Origin: an uncultured bacterium
Lineage (GTDB): Bacteria; DYJV01
Length of the DNA: 64,000 nt
Direction of reading: 5' to 3'
NCBI GenBank assembly: GCA_964543655.1
Contig: CAZIZE010000099.1
Coordinates: 3,906 to 67,905, forward strand
The position numbers and the translations under genes are program-made. This document shows positions 20,863-29,548 of the stretch, in pieces. Position 1 is the stretch's first letter. Each line of letters opens with the position of its first letter. Under the pieces are notes generated by a model, which was not told the DNA's origin, made no database searches, and worked only from the letters and a program-made list of their open reading frames with translations.

Positions 20863-21838
20863 GATGCATTATTTTTCTGACTTCTTCCATTGTAGCTTTA
20901 GCTTTTTCTCTTGCTTTTTTGTCACCTTCTAAAATAATATCAGCAATATAGTTTTTTTCTTTTAAAATTTCTTTCCTCTTTTCCTGAATTGGTGTTAATT
21001 TTTCTACAATTCTATTTAATAGAATTTTTTTACAATCAAAACAACCAATTTTAGCTTTTGGGCACTCTTCATTAATCATTTTTAGCTCATCTTCTGTGCA
21101 GTATAGCTTATGGAATTCATAAGCCATACATTTTGAGGGGGAGCCAGGATCTTTCCTTCTAACTCTATTTGTATCAGTAACAAGATTTAAAATCTTTTTC
21201 TCAAGAGCTTTACCTTCATCTGAAATATAAATAGCATTGCCATAGCTTTTACTCATTTTTCTGCCATCAGTACCGGATAATTTAGATACTTCTGTAAAAA
21301 TTGGTTCAGGTTCAACAAATATTTCAGAATTGGAAAGATAATGAAATCTTCTGACAATTTCTCTTGAAAGTTCAAGATGTGGCAATTGATCAATGCCTAT
21401 AGGAACGTATTTAGCTTTGTACATTATAATATCAACTGTTTGTAAAACAGGATAACCTAAAAATCCATATGAATTTATATCTTTACCCTTTAATTCTTTT
21501 TTTAACTCTTTATAAGTAGGATTTCTTTCAATCCATCCTAATGGTGTTATCATAGATAGTAATAGGTGCAGCTCTGCATGCTCTTTAATATGAGACTGAA
21601 CAAAAATAACAGATTTTTCAGGAGAAATACCTACACTTAGCCAGTCTGCTATCATGCTATATATATTTTCTTTTATCTCTGCTGTATTTTTTAGTTCACT
21701 TGTAAGTGCATGCCAATCTGCTGCAAAATAAAAGCAATTGTAATCATTCTGAAGTTTAACCCAGTTTTTAAGTACACCGTGAAGGTGACCAAGATGTAAT
21801 TTACCTGTGGGACGCATGCCACTTAAAACATTTTCCAT
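20852..21838 (-). CDS. trpS: Tryptophan--tRNA ligase
   Basis: It is a class I aaRS with HIGH (TGKLHLGHL) and KMSKS motifs. The length fits TrpRS. Confidence 0.93.
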   Translation of the reverse strand: MENVLSGMRPTGKLHLGHLHGVLKNWVKLQNDYNCFYFAADWHALTSELKNTAEIKENIYSMIADWLSVGISPEKSVIFVQSHIKEHAELHLLLSMITPLGWIERNPTYKELKKELKGKDINSYGFLGYPVLQTVDIIMYKAKYVPIGIDQLPHLELSREIVRRFHYLSNSEIFVEPEPIFTEVSKLSGTDGRKMSKSYGNAIYISDEGKALEKKILNLVTDTNRVRRKDPGSPSKCMAYEFHKLYCTEDELKMINEECPKAKIGCFDCKKILLNRIVEKLTPIQEKRKEILKEKNYIADIILEGDKKAREKAKATMEEVRKIMHLDY

Positions 21839-21945
21839 AATAATACCCCCTAAGTTGCTTCAAAGTTTAAGGTTCAAAGTTCTACGTTAACCAATTAATA
21901 AATATAACTGTTATATAGACTCCAATTACTCACACATTTTTACCA

Positions 21946-22494
21946 TTAACTAACAACCAACAAATCAGAACTTACAACCAACTTTATTCCTTCTTTTTTC
22001 AATTCATCAATTATCTCAGATTTCTTTTCTTTGTTAACAGCTTCTGTTGCATCTAAAATTATATAAGTTTCAAAGCCTTTTTTGTGAGCATCAAGAGCTG
22101 TTGCTTTTACACAAAAATCAAGAGCAAGTCCAGTAATAAATAGTTTTTTTACTGAATTTTTTTTCAAAAATTCTTCAAAATTAATATTAGTTGCTTCAAA
22201 CATACTGTAACCATCGTCACTGTTGGAAGTGCCTTTTAAAAAAACTTCATCAATTTTGGTAGTATTTAAGTCCTTGTGAAATTCTGCTCCATAACTGTTT
22301 TGTATGCAGTGAACTGGCCATTTCTCAAAATGCAGGCTTTTCTCAGGATGCCAATCTTTTGATGCATAAATTTTATTAAATTTTCCCATTAATTTATTGA
22401 TAACTGGAATAATTTTATCTCCTTCCTCAACAGGAAGAGCACCATTGGGACAAAAATCATTTTGCACATCAACAATTATTAATGCCCTGTCCAT
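21946..22494 (-). CDS. pncA: Nicotinamidase / isochorismatase-family hydrolase
   Basis: The N-terminus ALIIVDVQNDFCPNGAL is the PncA signature. It is adjacent to pncB. Confidence 0.7.
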   Translation of the reverse strand: MDRALIIVDVQNDFCPNGALPVEEGDKIIPVINKLMGKFNKIYASKDWHPEKSLHFEKWPVHCIQNSYGAEFHKDLNTTKIDEVFLKGTSNSDDGYSMFEATNINFEEFLKKNSVKKLFITGLALDFCVKATALDAHKKGFETYIILDATEAVNKEKKSEIIDELKKEGIKLVVSSDLLVVS

Positions 22495-22504
22495 ATTTGC
22501 ACCT

Positions 22505-23950
22505 CTATTTTTTATGCTGTTTTATTAACTTATCTTTTAAATCCCATAATTTTTTACTTAATCCCACTCTATAAATATGAGGATTTACAAATCTTTTATG
22601 CTCATCTGGTAATCTGTTAAATCTCTCTTCTCTATACTTTGCAATTTCAGAAACAGATATGTGATTGTTTAATACTTCACCATTTGTAAAAACCAAACTC
22701 ATTAATTCTTCTGATTTATATTTAGCAATATGAGTTTTTTTATAAGGAATAAAAGAGTGCCTCAAAATTTTAATCTTCTCCTCATCTATAAGTGAAATTC
22801 CATCTATGAGAAAATTATTGTTGTTATCAAAATATCTTTTAACCTTTTTTATTCCTGGAATATTGACTTTTTCAATATTATCAGAAATTTTTATTTTAGG
22901 AATTTTATTTATAGCTGACAATTTGAAAACTCCATCAAGTGCAGGTTGGTCAAAAGCTGTAATAAGTTTGGTTCCAACCCCAAACAAATCAACAGGAGCA
23001 TTTTGATTATTTAAACTTTGGATTGTATATTCATCAAGTTGATTTGAAACAACTATTTTAACATAGTTTAGCCCATTTTCATTTAGAATATTTCTAACTT
23101 TTTTTGATAAATATGCAAAGTCACCACTATCAAGTCTCACTCCTAAAAGTTTTTTACCATGTTTCTCCATTTCCTTTGCAACTTTAATGGCATTTGGCAA
23201 ACCACTATTTAATGTATCGTAAGTGTCAATTAATAGAATAGCATTTTCTGGCCAATTTTCAACAAACTTTCTAAACGCCTCAATTTCACTGTCAAAACTT
23301 TGCACCCAGGAATGAGCATGAGTTCCTTTTACAGGAATGTTATACAAAAAACCAGCAAGAGTGTTTGAAGTACCTACTGCGCCTCCTATAATTGATGCTT
23401 TTGATGCCTGTAAACCTCCAAATCCCTGGGCTCTTCTTAATCCAAAATCAACAACAGGTTTACCATTTGCTGCATAAACAATTCTACAAGTTTTAGTAGC
23501 AATTAAAGATTCAAAATTGATTATATTTAAAAGCAAAGTTTCAATAAGCTGGCATTCTATAATATTACCCTCAATTCTAATTACAGGTTCCTCTGGAAAT
23601 ATAACTTCTCCCTCTTTAAATGCGTAAATTTTGCCTTTAAATTTAAATTTTTTAAGGTACTCAATAAAATCTTTATGAAATCCAATGGTAGAAAGATATT
23701 TTAGATTATTTTCAGTAAAAATAAAATTTTTAAGCAATGATAAAAAATCACTTAATCCAGCAAAAATAGTATATCCACCTTTAAAAGGATTTTTTCTAAA
23801 AAAATAATCAAAACATACTTCATCATTTTTTTTATTTGAAAAAAAGTATGCTTGACTCATTGTAAGCTCATAAAGATCTGTATATAGAGCGGAAAATTCC
23901 ATATTATTTAACATATTCAACTCCATAATAAAGTTTTTCAAATGTAACAC
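22505..23950 (-). CDS. pncB: Nicotinate phosphoribosyltransferase
   Basis: It has the NAPRTase N-terminal motif (SALYTDLYELTMSQAYF) and is ~480 aa. Confidence 0.85.
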   Translation of the reverse strand: MLHLKNFIMELNMLNNMEFSALYTDLYELTMSQAYFFSNKKNDEVCFDYFFRKNPFKGGYTIFAGLSDFLSLLKNFIFTENNLKYLSTIGFHKDFIEYLKKFKFKGKIYAFKEGEVIFPEEPVIRIEGNIIECQLIETLLLNIINFESLIATKTCRIVYAANGKPVVDFGLRRAQGFGGLQASKASIIGGAVGTSNTLAGFLYNIPVKGTHAHSWVQSFDSEIEAFRKFVENWPENAILLIDTYDTLNSGLPNAIKVAKEMEKHGKKLLGVRLDSGDFAYLSKKVRNILNENGLNYVKIVVSNQLDEYTIQSLNNQNAPVDLFGVGTKLITAFDQPALDGVFKLSAINKIPKIKISDNIEKVNIPGIKKVKRYFDNNNNFLIDGISLIDEEKIKILRHSFIPYKKTHIAKYKSEELMSLVFTNGEVLNNHISVSEIAKYREERFNRLPDEHKRFVNPHIYRVGLSKKLWDLKDKLIKQHKK

Positions 23951-24494
23951 CTATTATACATATTGAAAATGGAACTGTAAATATAGAGAAAAGCCCATAT
24001 GGGAAAGCTGTTATAATATTGATAAATATTAATATCCCAACAATTGCCATAACAAGCAAAAAGTTGCTATTAAACATTTTGAAGCTTTTTTTAAAAGCAT
24101 CAAAAACCTCAATTTCTGGCTCCATTACAATGTATGGCAGAACAAAAATAGTTGCAATGGCAATGTATATACCTGGAATTATAAAAAATAATGTACCAAG
24201 TGTAATTAAAAACCACCTGATAATTGTGTAAAGTAAAATTTTAATTGCAAGATTTTTATTTTTAAAAGCATAAAAAAAGAAATTAATTTCTGCTTTTTCT
24301 TTAAAGAACAACACAATGTAAAGCATTCCAGCAAGAAAAAATGGTCTAACTAACTCTCCACCAACAAGTGATAATTTTAAAAGGATAATGTAGAAAATAT
24401 AGAGAAGTAATGTAACTACAAGGAAATTCCCAAGATTTAATATATATTTGTCACACGCAGTTTTAAAAATTTCAGTGAGCATTTGCCAGTGCAC
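23904..24494 (-). CDS. Polytopic inner-membrane protein of unknown function
   Basis: It has ~5-6 predicted TM helices and no catalytic motifs. It overlaps the downstream PAS-GGDEF gene start by 23 nt. Confidence 0.5.
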   Translation of the reverse strand: MHWQMLTEIFKTACDKYILNLGNFLVVTLLLYIFYIILLKLSLVGGELVRPFFLAGMLYIVLFFKEKAEINFFFYAFKNKNLAIKILLYTIIRWFLITLGTLFFIIPGIYIAIATIFVLPYIVMEPEIEVFDAFKKSFKMFNSNFLLVMAIVGILIFINIITAFPYGLFSIFTVPFSICIIGVTFEKLYYGVEYVK

Positions 24495-25812
24495 AACACC
24501 TAATATTATTTTTACCAGAGTTCTTTACCTGATACATTGCATCATCTGCTAATTTAATAAGGTCATGTTCATTATTCACTACTTCTTTATCAAAAGAGCT
24601 TATGCCAATACTAACAGTAACATGAATAATTTTTGAATCATAAATAAAGTGATGGTTTGATATTTCATTGCATATTCTTTTGGCTATTTTAGCAGCGTTT
24701 TCAATAGTGATGTATGGTAACAAAATAACAAATTCCTCACCACCATACCGTGCAACTGTATCTATCTCTCTAACATTACTTTTCAAAATAATGCTAATTT
24801 CTTTTAAAATAAAATCTCCAGCAAGATGTCCATAAGTATCATTGATTTTTTTAAAATCATCAATATCTATAACAAGTAGTGACAGAGGGATATTGTATCT
24901 CTGGCTTTCAATATATTTCTCATGAAGTTTATCTATAAAATATCTGTAGTTGAAAAGGCCAGTTAATTCATCTCTAATTGAAAGCTCAAGAAGTTTCTTA
25001 TTCATTTCAATAAGTTTCTGTTCTAATTTTTTCTTATCAGTTATATCTCTTACAAATCCCTGAACAGCAGGCTTATTGTTATACTCAATGGGATTAATTG
25101 TGATTTCAACATTTATGCTTGTGCCATCTTTCCTTCTGAATATAGATTCGTACGGAAGGGTTACTTTTTTACCTTTTAAAATTTGTTCATAAATTTTAGA
25201 GCAATGCTCAAATGCTTTTTCATCAATAACCTGAAATATTGGTAGCTCTCTAATTTCATCATCATCTGTGTAACCGAGCATTTCTTTAAATTTTTTATTA
25301 AAATACACAAACTTATGATCCTGTCTGATATATATTCCTTCGCCAGCTTTTTCAATAAGATCCTGATACTGCTCTTTTGATTTTCTAAGTTCTTCCTCCA
25401 TTTTTAATCTTTCTCTAATATCAAATAGGAAACCTATTGAGCCAACTTCTTCATCATTGAAATCGTATAAAATCCTACCATAAAGAGCAACAGGAACTTT
25501 TTCTTTATATCTTGTAAAAAGATTAATCTTGTAATCTATAATTGAGCCTATTCCACCGAAATCAATGGATCTCATTATTCTCATAATTTCACGAGCTTTT
25601 TCAATGCCACCTTCATAAAATAATTCTACATGCTTTTTCCCTAAAACGTACTCTTTTTTGAAGCCTGTTAATTTCTCCATGGCATTGTTAACATATTGAA
25701 TTACACCTTCTCTATCTGCTTTAACCACACCTGCTGGGGCATGGTCAAGTAGCTCCTTGAAATGATTGATATTCTCATCTTTAATTATTTTTATAATTTC
25801 TTTTACTTTCAT
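24472..25812 (-). CDS. PAS-domain diguanylate cyclase (GGDEF)
   Basis: Two PAS-like regions are followed by a GGDEF domain with an intact active-site motif (RYGGEEF) and an upstream I-site-like RxxD. Confidence 0.85.
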   Translation of the reverse strand: MKVKEIIKIIKDENINHFKELLDHAPAGVVKADREGVIQYVNNAMEKLTGFKKEYVLGKKHVELFYEGGIEKAREIMRIMRSIDFGGIGSIIDYKINLFTRYKEKVPVALYGRILYDFNDEEVGSIGFLFDIRERLKMEEELRKSKEQYQDLIEKAGEGIYIRQDHKFVYFNKKFKEMLGYTDDDEIRELPIFQVIDEKAFEHCSKIYEQILKGKKVTLPYESIFRRKDGTSINVEITINPIEYNNKPAVQGFVRDITDKKKLEQKLIEMNKKLLELSIRDELTGLFNYRYFIDKLHEKYIESQRYNIPLSLLVIDIDDFKKINDTYGHLAGDFILKEISIILKSNVREIDTVARYGGEEFVILLPYITIENAAKIAKRICNEISNHHFIYDSKIIHVTVSIGISSFDKEVVNNEHDLIKLADDAMYQVKNSGKNNIRCCALANAH

Positions 25813-25814
25813 AG

Positions 25815-26330
25815 TTAAAATTTAATTAATGAGAAAACATCATATCCTGATAATTTCTCTCTCCCTTTCAAAAATTCAAGTTCACATAGAAAGCAACATT
25901 CAAACACATTTCCATCCAATTTTTCTATAAGCTCAGCAGTTGCTTTAACTGTTCCTCCAGTAGCAAGTACATCATCAACAATTAATACATTATCATCTTT
26001 ATTTATTGCATCTATGTGTAGTTCTAAAGTGTCAGTACCATATTCAAGCTCATATGTCACCTGAATAGTTTTATATGGTAATTTGCCTTTTTTTCTAACA
26101 AGCACTACTCCTTTACAGAGTTTATAAGCAAGTGCTGCTCCAATTATAAATCCTCTTGCTTCAATACCAACGATTTTATCTATTTTTTTATTTAAGTATC
26201 TGTAAGATAACATATCCACAGATTTTTGAAAAGCTTCAGGATCAGCAAGTAAAGTGGTAATATCTTTAAATGTAATTCCCTTTTTTGGAAAATCTACCAC
26301 ATCTCTAATTTTACTAATCAGGTCATTCAT
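25815..26330 (-). CDS. apt: Adenine phosphoribosyltransferase
   Basis: It has the PRTase type I motif [13 protein letters not shown] and an APRT-like N-terminus. Confidence 0.9.
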   Translation of the reverse strand: MNDLISKIRDVVDFPKKGITFKDITTLLADPEAFQKSVDMLSYRYLNKKIDKIVGIEARGFIIGAALAYKLCKGVVLVRKKGKLPYKTIQVTYELEYGTDTLELHIDAINKDDNVLIVDDVLATGGTVKATAELIEKLDGNVFECCFLCELEFLKGREKLSGYDVFSLIKF

Positions 26331-26341
26331 GTTAGCTCCTT

Positions 26342-27178
26342 TTATTTATTTAAAGATCTCCTTAAATAAAATCTTAATTTGTTAATTGCTTTCTCCTCTA
26401 TCTGTCTAATTCTCTCTTTTGTAAGATTTAATATTTTTCCAACTTCATCTAATGTCATTGGCTGTTCATTAATTAAACCAAATCTAAGAATAATAACTGT
26501 TCTCTCCTTTTCATCAAGGTAGCTTAACCAGTTCAAAATTGATTCTAAAATTTCTTTTTTTTCATAACTGTCGTATGGTGTTTCATCATGAGCAATTGCA
26601 ATATCTTCAAAAGTATAAGAATTGTCATCATTAATAGTTTGATTGTATGAGAGCACATCTTGTGATACAAGCATTAGATCTTCTAATTTGTTTATCTCAA
26701 CACCAACCTCTTTTGCTGCATTTTTCCTTTCTTCAACATTGTTGGTGCCATTATTAAGATTTTTCACAAAACTACGAAGAAGGTCAATAGCATGTATTGG
26801 CATTCTTATTATTTTGGAATTGTTTAATATTGCTCTTTTAATTGATTGTTTTATCCACCATGAAGCATAAGTGCTGAATCTTACACCTTTTTCTGGGTCA
26901 AATTTCTCAATAGCTTTTATAAGGCCTATGTTACCTTCTGATATTAAATCAGTAAGAGGGATTCCATAACCTGTAAATTTTTTGGCAATTGAAACTACAA
27001 ATTTTAAATGAGTTTTCAGAAGTTTTTCACGTGCTTTTTGATCCCCTTGAGCTATCTTTGAAACAAGCTCTTTTTCTTCTTCTGGTGTTAAGATTGGTTC
27101 TTTATTAATATCCTTGAGGTATTTGGTAAGAATTCCCTGTTTTGCATCATCAATTGATTCTATTAATTTTTCTACCAT
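26342..27178 (-). CDS. RNA polymerase sigma factor, sigma-70 family (compact RpoD/RpoS-like, regions 2-4)
   Basis: Region 2 ([37 protein letters not shown]) and a region 4 HTH ([21 protein letters not shown]) are present. It is 278 aa with no region 1.1. Confidence 0.85.
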   Translation of the reverse strand: MVEKLIESIDDAKQGILTKYLKDINKEPILTPEEEKELVSKIAQGDQKAREKLLKTHLKFVVSIAKKFTGYGIPLTDLISEGNIGLIKAIEKFDPEKGVRFSTYASWWIKQSIKRAILNNSKIIRMPIHAIDLLRSFVKNLNNGTNNVEERKNAAKEVGVEINKLEDLMLVSQDVLSYNQTINDDNSYTFEDIAIAHDETPYDSYEKKEILESILNWLSYLDEKERTVIILRFGLINEQPMTLDEVGKILNLTKERIRQIEEKAINKLRFYLRRSLNK

Positions 27179-27701
27179 GAAATAGTTTTGAATAATATTT
27201 TAAAATATTAATTGGATAAATTTTTTTTCTTACTTCAAAATATATTGGCTTGGTTCTATACTTTTCACCTATATACTCACCCTGGTAAATATAATCGCCT
27301 TTTTTAATGTATAATTTTTTTAAATAAGCATAAACTGTTTTGTAACCATTTTTATGTTTAATAATTACTATTTTACCAAAATATTTTAAAAAACCAGCAT
27401 ATATAACTTTGCCACTTTTTGCAGCTTTAACTTTTGTTTTTCTATACTTTGATGATATATAAATACCTTTTCGGTACCCATCATTGCTTATTTTGCCATT
27501 AATAGGCAAGATAAAATGTTTTGATTCTTTAACAGCTCTTCTTTTTTTATTTTTAAAAAGGGAATATTTGTATCTCTGGATAATTTGCTCTAATTCTTCA
27601 GCAGTATAACTCTTTTTTGAAATTTTTGCAAGAACTATTTCTTTTGCAAAAATATTTGCTGAAAACATAAGAATAATAAGGAAAAAAGCTAATTTTTTCA
27701 T
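27150..27701 (-). CDS. Degenerate LytM (M23-like) domain protein, secreted; probable amidase-activator type
   Basis: A signal peptide (MKKLAFFLIILMFSANIFA) begins at the internal Met. It has the M23 fold signature (GKVIYAG...VIIKHKNGYKTVYAYL...IYFEVRK), but the catalytic HxxxD and HxH residues are replaced. Confidence 0.6.
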   Translation of the reverse strand: MKKLAFFLIILMFSANIFAKEIVLAKISKKSYTAEELEQIIQRYKYSLFKNKKRRAVKESKHFILPINGKISNDGYRKGIYISSKYRKTKVKAAKSGKVIYAGFLKYFGKIVIIKHKNGYKTVYAYLKKLYIKKGDYIYQGEYIGEKYRTKPIYFEVRKKIYPINILKYYSKLFHGRKINRIN

Positions 27702-27776
27702 GACAGGAATATAATCGGATTTGAAAAAAAAAAGTTTAGGAAAATTTTGCATATCTAATATAAGCTCGCAATAATA

Positions 27777-28229
27777 TTACCAGAAAAATTTTTTTATATC
27801 TTCTATTTGCTCTATCTTTTCTATTCCCTTAATATTCCAGCTATTTAAAGATAAAACTTTTTTTCCAAGCTTTAGTGATATGGCTATTTCAGATAAAGTT
27901 CCATATTCTCCACCAACAGCAATCAGTAACTGTGAAGTTGAAGCTATGATAATATTTCTGCTATGTCCCATACCTGTAGCTATTGGAATGTCAACGTATT
28001 TGTTGCACTGCTCAATGTTGTATCCTGGCAGGATTCCTATTGTAGTACCACCTGCATTTTTTGCCCCTTTACAACATGCTTCCATAACACCATAAAGTCC
28101 TCCACAAACAACAATCTTTCCATTTCTTCCAATTAATTCTCCAACTTCATATGCAATATCATAAGTCTTTTTATTACAATTGCCAGCACCAATAACACCT
28201 ATTAATTTTAAATTATGATGCAATAACAA
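27777..28229 (-). CDS. TIGR00725-family LOG/SLOG Rossmann protein (lysine-decarboxylase-like)
   Basis: It has LOG-like motifs (VVCGGLYGVMEA, AVGGEYGTLSEI) and is 150 aa. Confidence 0.65.
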   Translation of the reverse strand: MLLHHNLKLIGVIGAGNCNKKTYDIAYEVGELIGRNGKIVVCGGLYGVMEACCKGAKNAGGTTIGILPGYNIEQCNKYVDIPIATGMGHSRNIIIASTSQLLIAVGGEYGTLSEIAISLKLGKKVLSLNSWNIKGIEKIEQIEDIKKFFW

Positions 28230-28728
28230 AGTTACACTCCTGTAATGTTTGTTTGATGATTTTACCGTTTAATTTAAAGCACTTATATAGAACTTGCTGC
28301 TCGCCATTTACAAAAGGATATACAATAATTCCATTTTCTTCAAGTTGTGAAAAAAGTTTAACAGGTTCTTTTTTGATTGCTGCTGTAACAATTATTTTGT
28401 TAAATTTTATATAATCATCCCAACCATTCAGGCCATTTCCAGTTTTATATTTAATATTTTTAAGATTTAATTTTTTATGAATTGATATTGCTTTCTCTGT
28501 AAATTCTGAAAACACTTCAACTGTGTATACTTCTCTAACTATGTATGCAAGAATAGCTGTTTGAAAGCCACTGCCAGTGCCTATTTCTAAAACAATGTCA
28601 GATTTATTAAGGTCAAGAGCCTGAGTCATAAATGCAACTGTGAAAGGTTGAGAGATTGTTTGATTTTTGCCTATTGGCAGAGCAACATTTTTGTATGAAT
28701 CAAATCTCAACACATCCGGGACAAACAT
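28213..28728 (-). CDS. pcm: Protein-L-isoaspartate O-methyltransferase
   Basis: It has PCMT motifs (QTISQPFTVAFM, VLEIGTGSGFQTAIL). The annotated start lacks the usual N-terminal ~40 aa, but the in-frame upstream codons up to 28860 encode a Pcm-like N-terminus without an ATG (see findings). Confidence 0.8.
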   Translation of the reverse strand: MFVPDVLRFDSYKNVALPIGKNQTISQPFTVAFMTQALDLNKSDIVLEIGTGSGFQTAILAYIVREVYTVEVFSEFTEKAISIHKKLNLKNIKYKTGNGLNGWDDYIKFNKIIVTAAIKKEPVKLFSQLEENGIIVYPFVNGEQQVLYKCFKLNGKIIKQTLQECNFVIAS

Positions 28729-28835
28729 ATGTCTGGGGATATTGGAAAATGCTTCTAATATAAGAGAGTTATGAATCCCCTTATTTTTAAGTTCCTTAAC
28801 TAATACATCTCTTGCTTTATTGAATGCTTTTGGCC

Positions 28836-29477
28836 TTATTTTACCCTCTCTTTTGTTAGTTCATAAATAAAAATAGCTGCTGAAACAGCAGCATTTAAAG
28901 ATGTTGTTTTACCTAAATTTTTTAAAGCAACATTAAAATCTGAATGTTCTAATATCTTTTTTCTTATTCCTTTTTCTTCATTTCCAATAATTAAAACCTT
29001 TTTTTCTAATTTTGGGAGATTGTCAATAGAATCTGCTGCATTAGGTGAAGTTGCTACAATAAAAAAACCATTTTTTTTTAACTTTTCAATAGTAGTGGTT
29101 AAATTGGTTTCTTTAACAATGGGAATATTGAAAATTGAACCAGAAGAAGTTTTAACAGTTGTGTCATTAACACTTACACTTCTATCTTTTGATATAACAA
29201 TTGCCTCAACACCAAAAAAATCTGCACTTCTAACAATACTTCCAAAGTTGTGCTGGTCAGTTATAGAATCCAGAATTAAAATAAATTTTGATTGAAAAAA
29301 ATCGTTCAGATTGTAGTAAGAAAATTTAGAAATAATAGCCACAATACCCTGATGTGTTTTATCTTTAAATTTTTTTTGAAAAAAGCTTTTTTCTAAAAAA
29401 TTAACCTTTATCTTTCTATTTTTTGCAATAGATAAAATATCTTTAATTCTTTTATTGGTTTTATCTTTTTGAATCAA
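28836..29477 (-). CDS. TrmH/SpoU-family RNA 2'-O-methyltransferase (RlmB-like with N-terminal L30e-like domain)
   Basis: It has a SPOUT methyltransferase core (LDSITDQHNFGSIVRSADFFG...LIIGNEEKGI). Confidence 0.8.
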   Translation of the reverse strand: MIQKDKTNKRIKDILSIAKNRKIKVNFLEKSFFQKKFKDKTHQGIVAIISKFSYYNLNDFFQSKFILILDSITDQHNFGSIVRSADFFGVEAIVISKDRSVSVNDTTVKTSSGSIFNIPIVKETNLTTTIEKLKKNGFFIVATSPNAADSIDNLPKLEKKVLIIGNEEKGIRKKILEHSDFNVALKNLGKTTSLNAAVSAAIFIYELTKERVK

Positions 29478-29548
29478 AACTTTTTCAACAGTTAATGATT
29501 CTGAATTTAATGCTTCTATTACAGGATTAATACCATATATCTCTTTTA

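Noticed and set aside
21839-21945. Possible T-box or tryptophan-responsive leader upstream of trpS
   Set aside because: The intergenic region is only ~107 nt, far shorter than a T-box leader. I saw no T-box consensus (AATTAGGGTGGNACCGCG-like), no antiterminator/terminator pair and no (G/U)AG repeat array for TRAP. Only a short direct repeat AACTTTGAA x2 and a GGGGG RBS are present.
27702-27752. Longer start (MQNFPKLFFF...) for the LytM-like protein
   Set aside because: The internal Met begins a canonical signal peptide (MKKLAFFLIILMFSANIFA). A 17-aa extension upstream of a signal peptide is unlikely.
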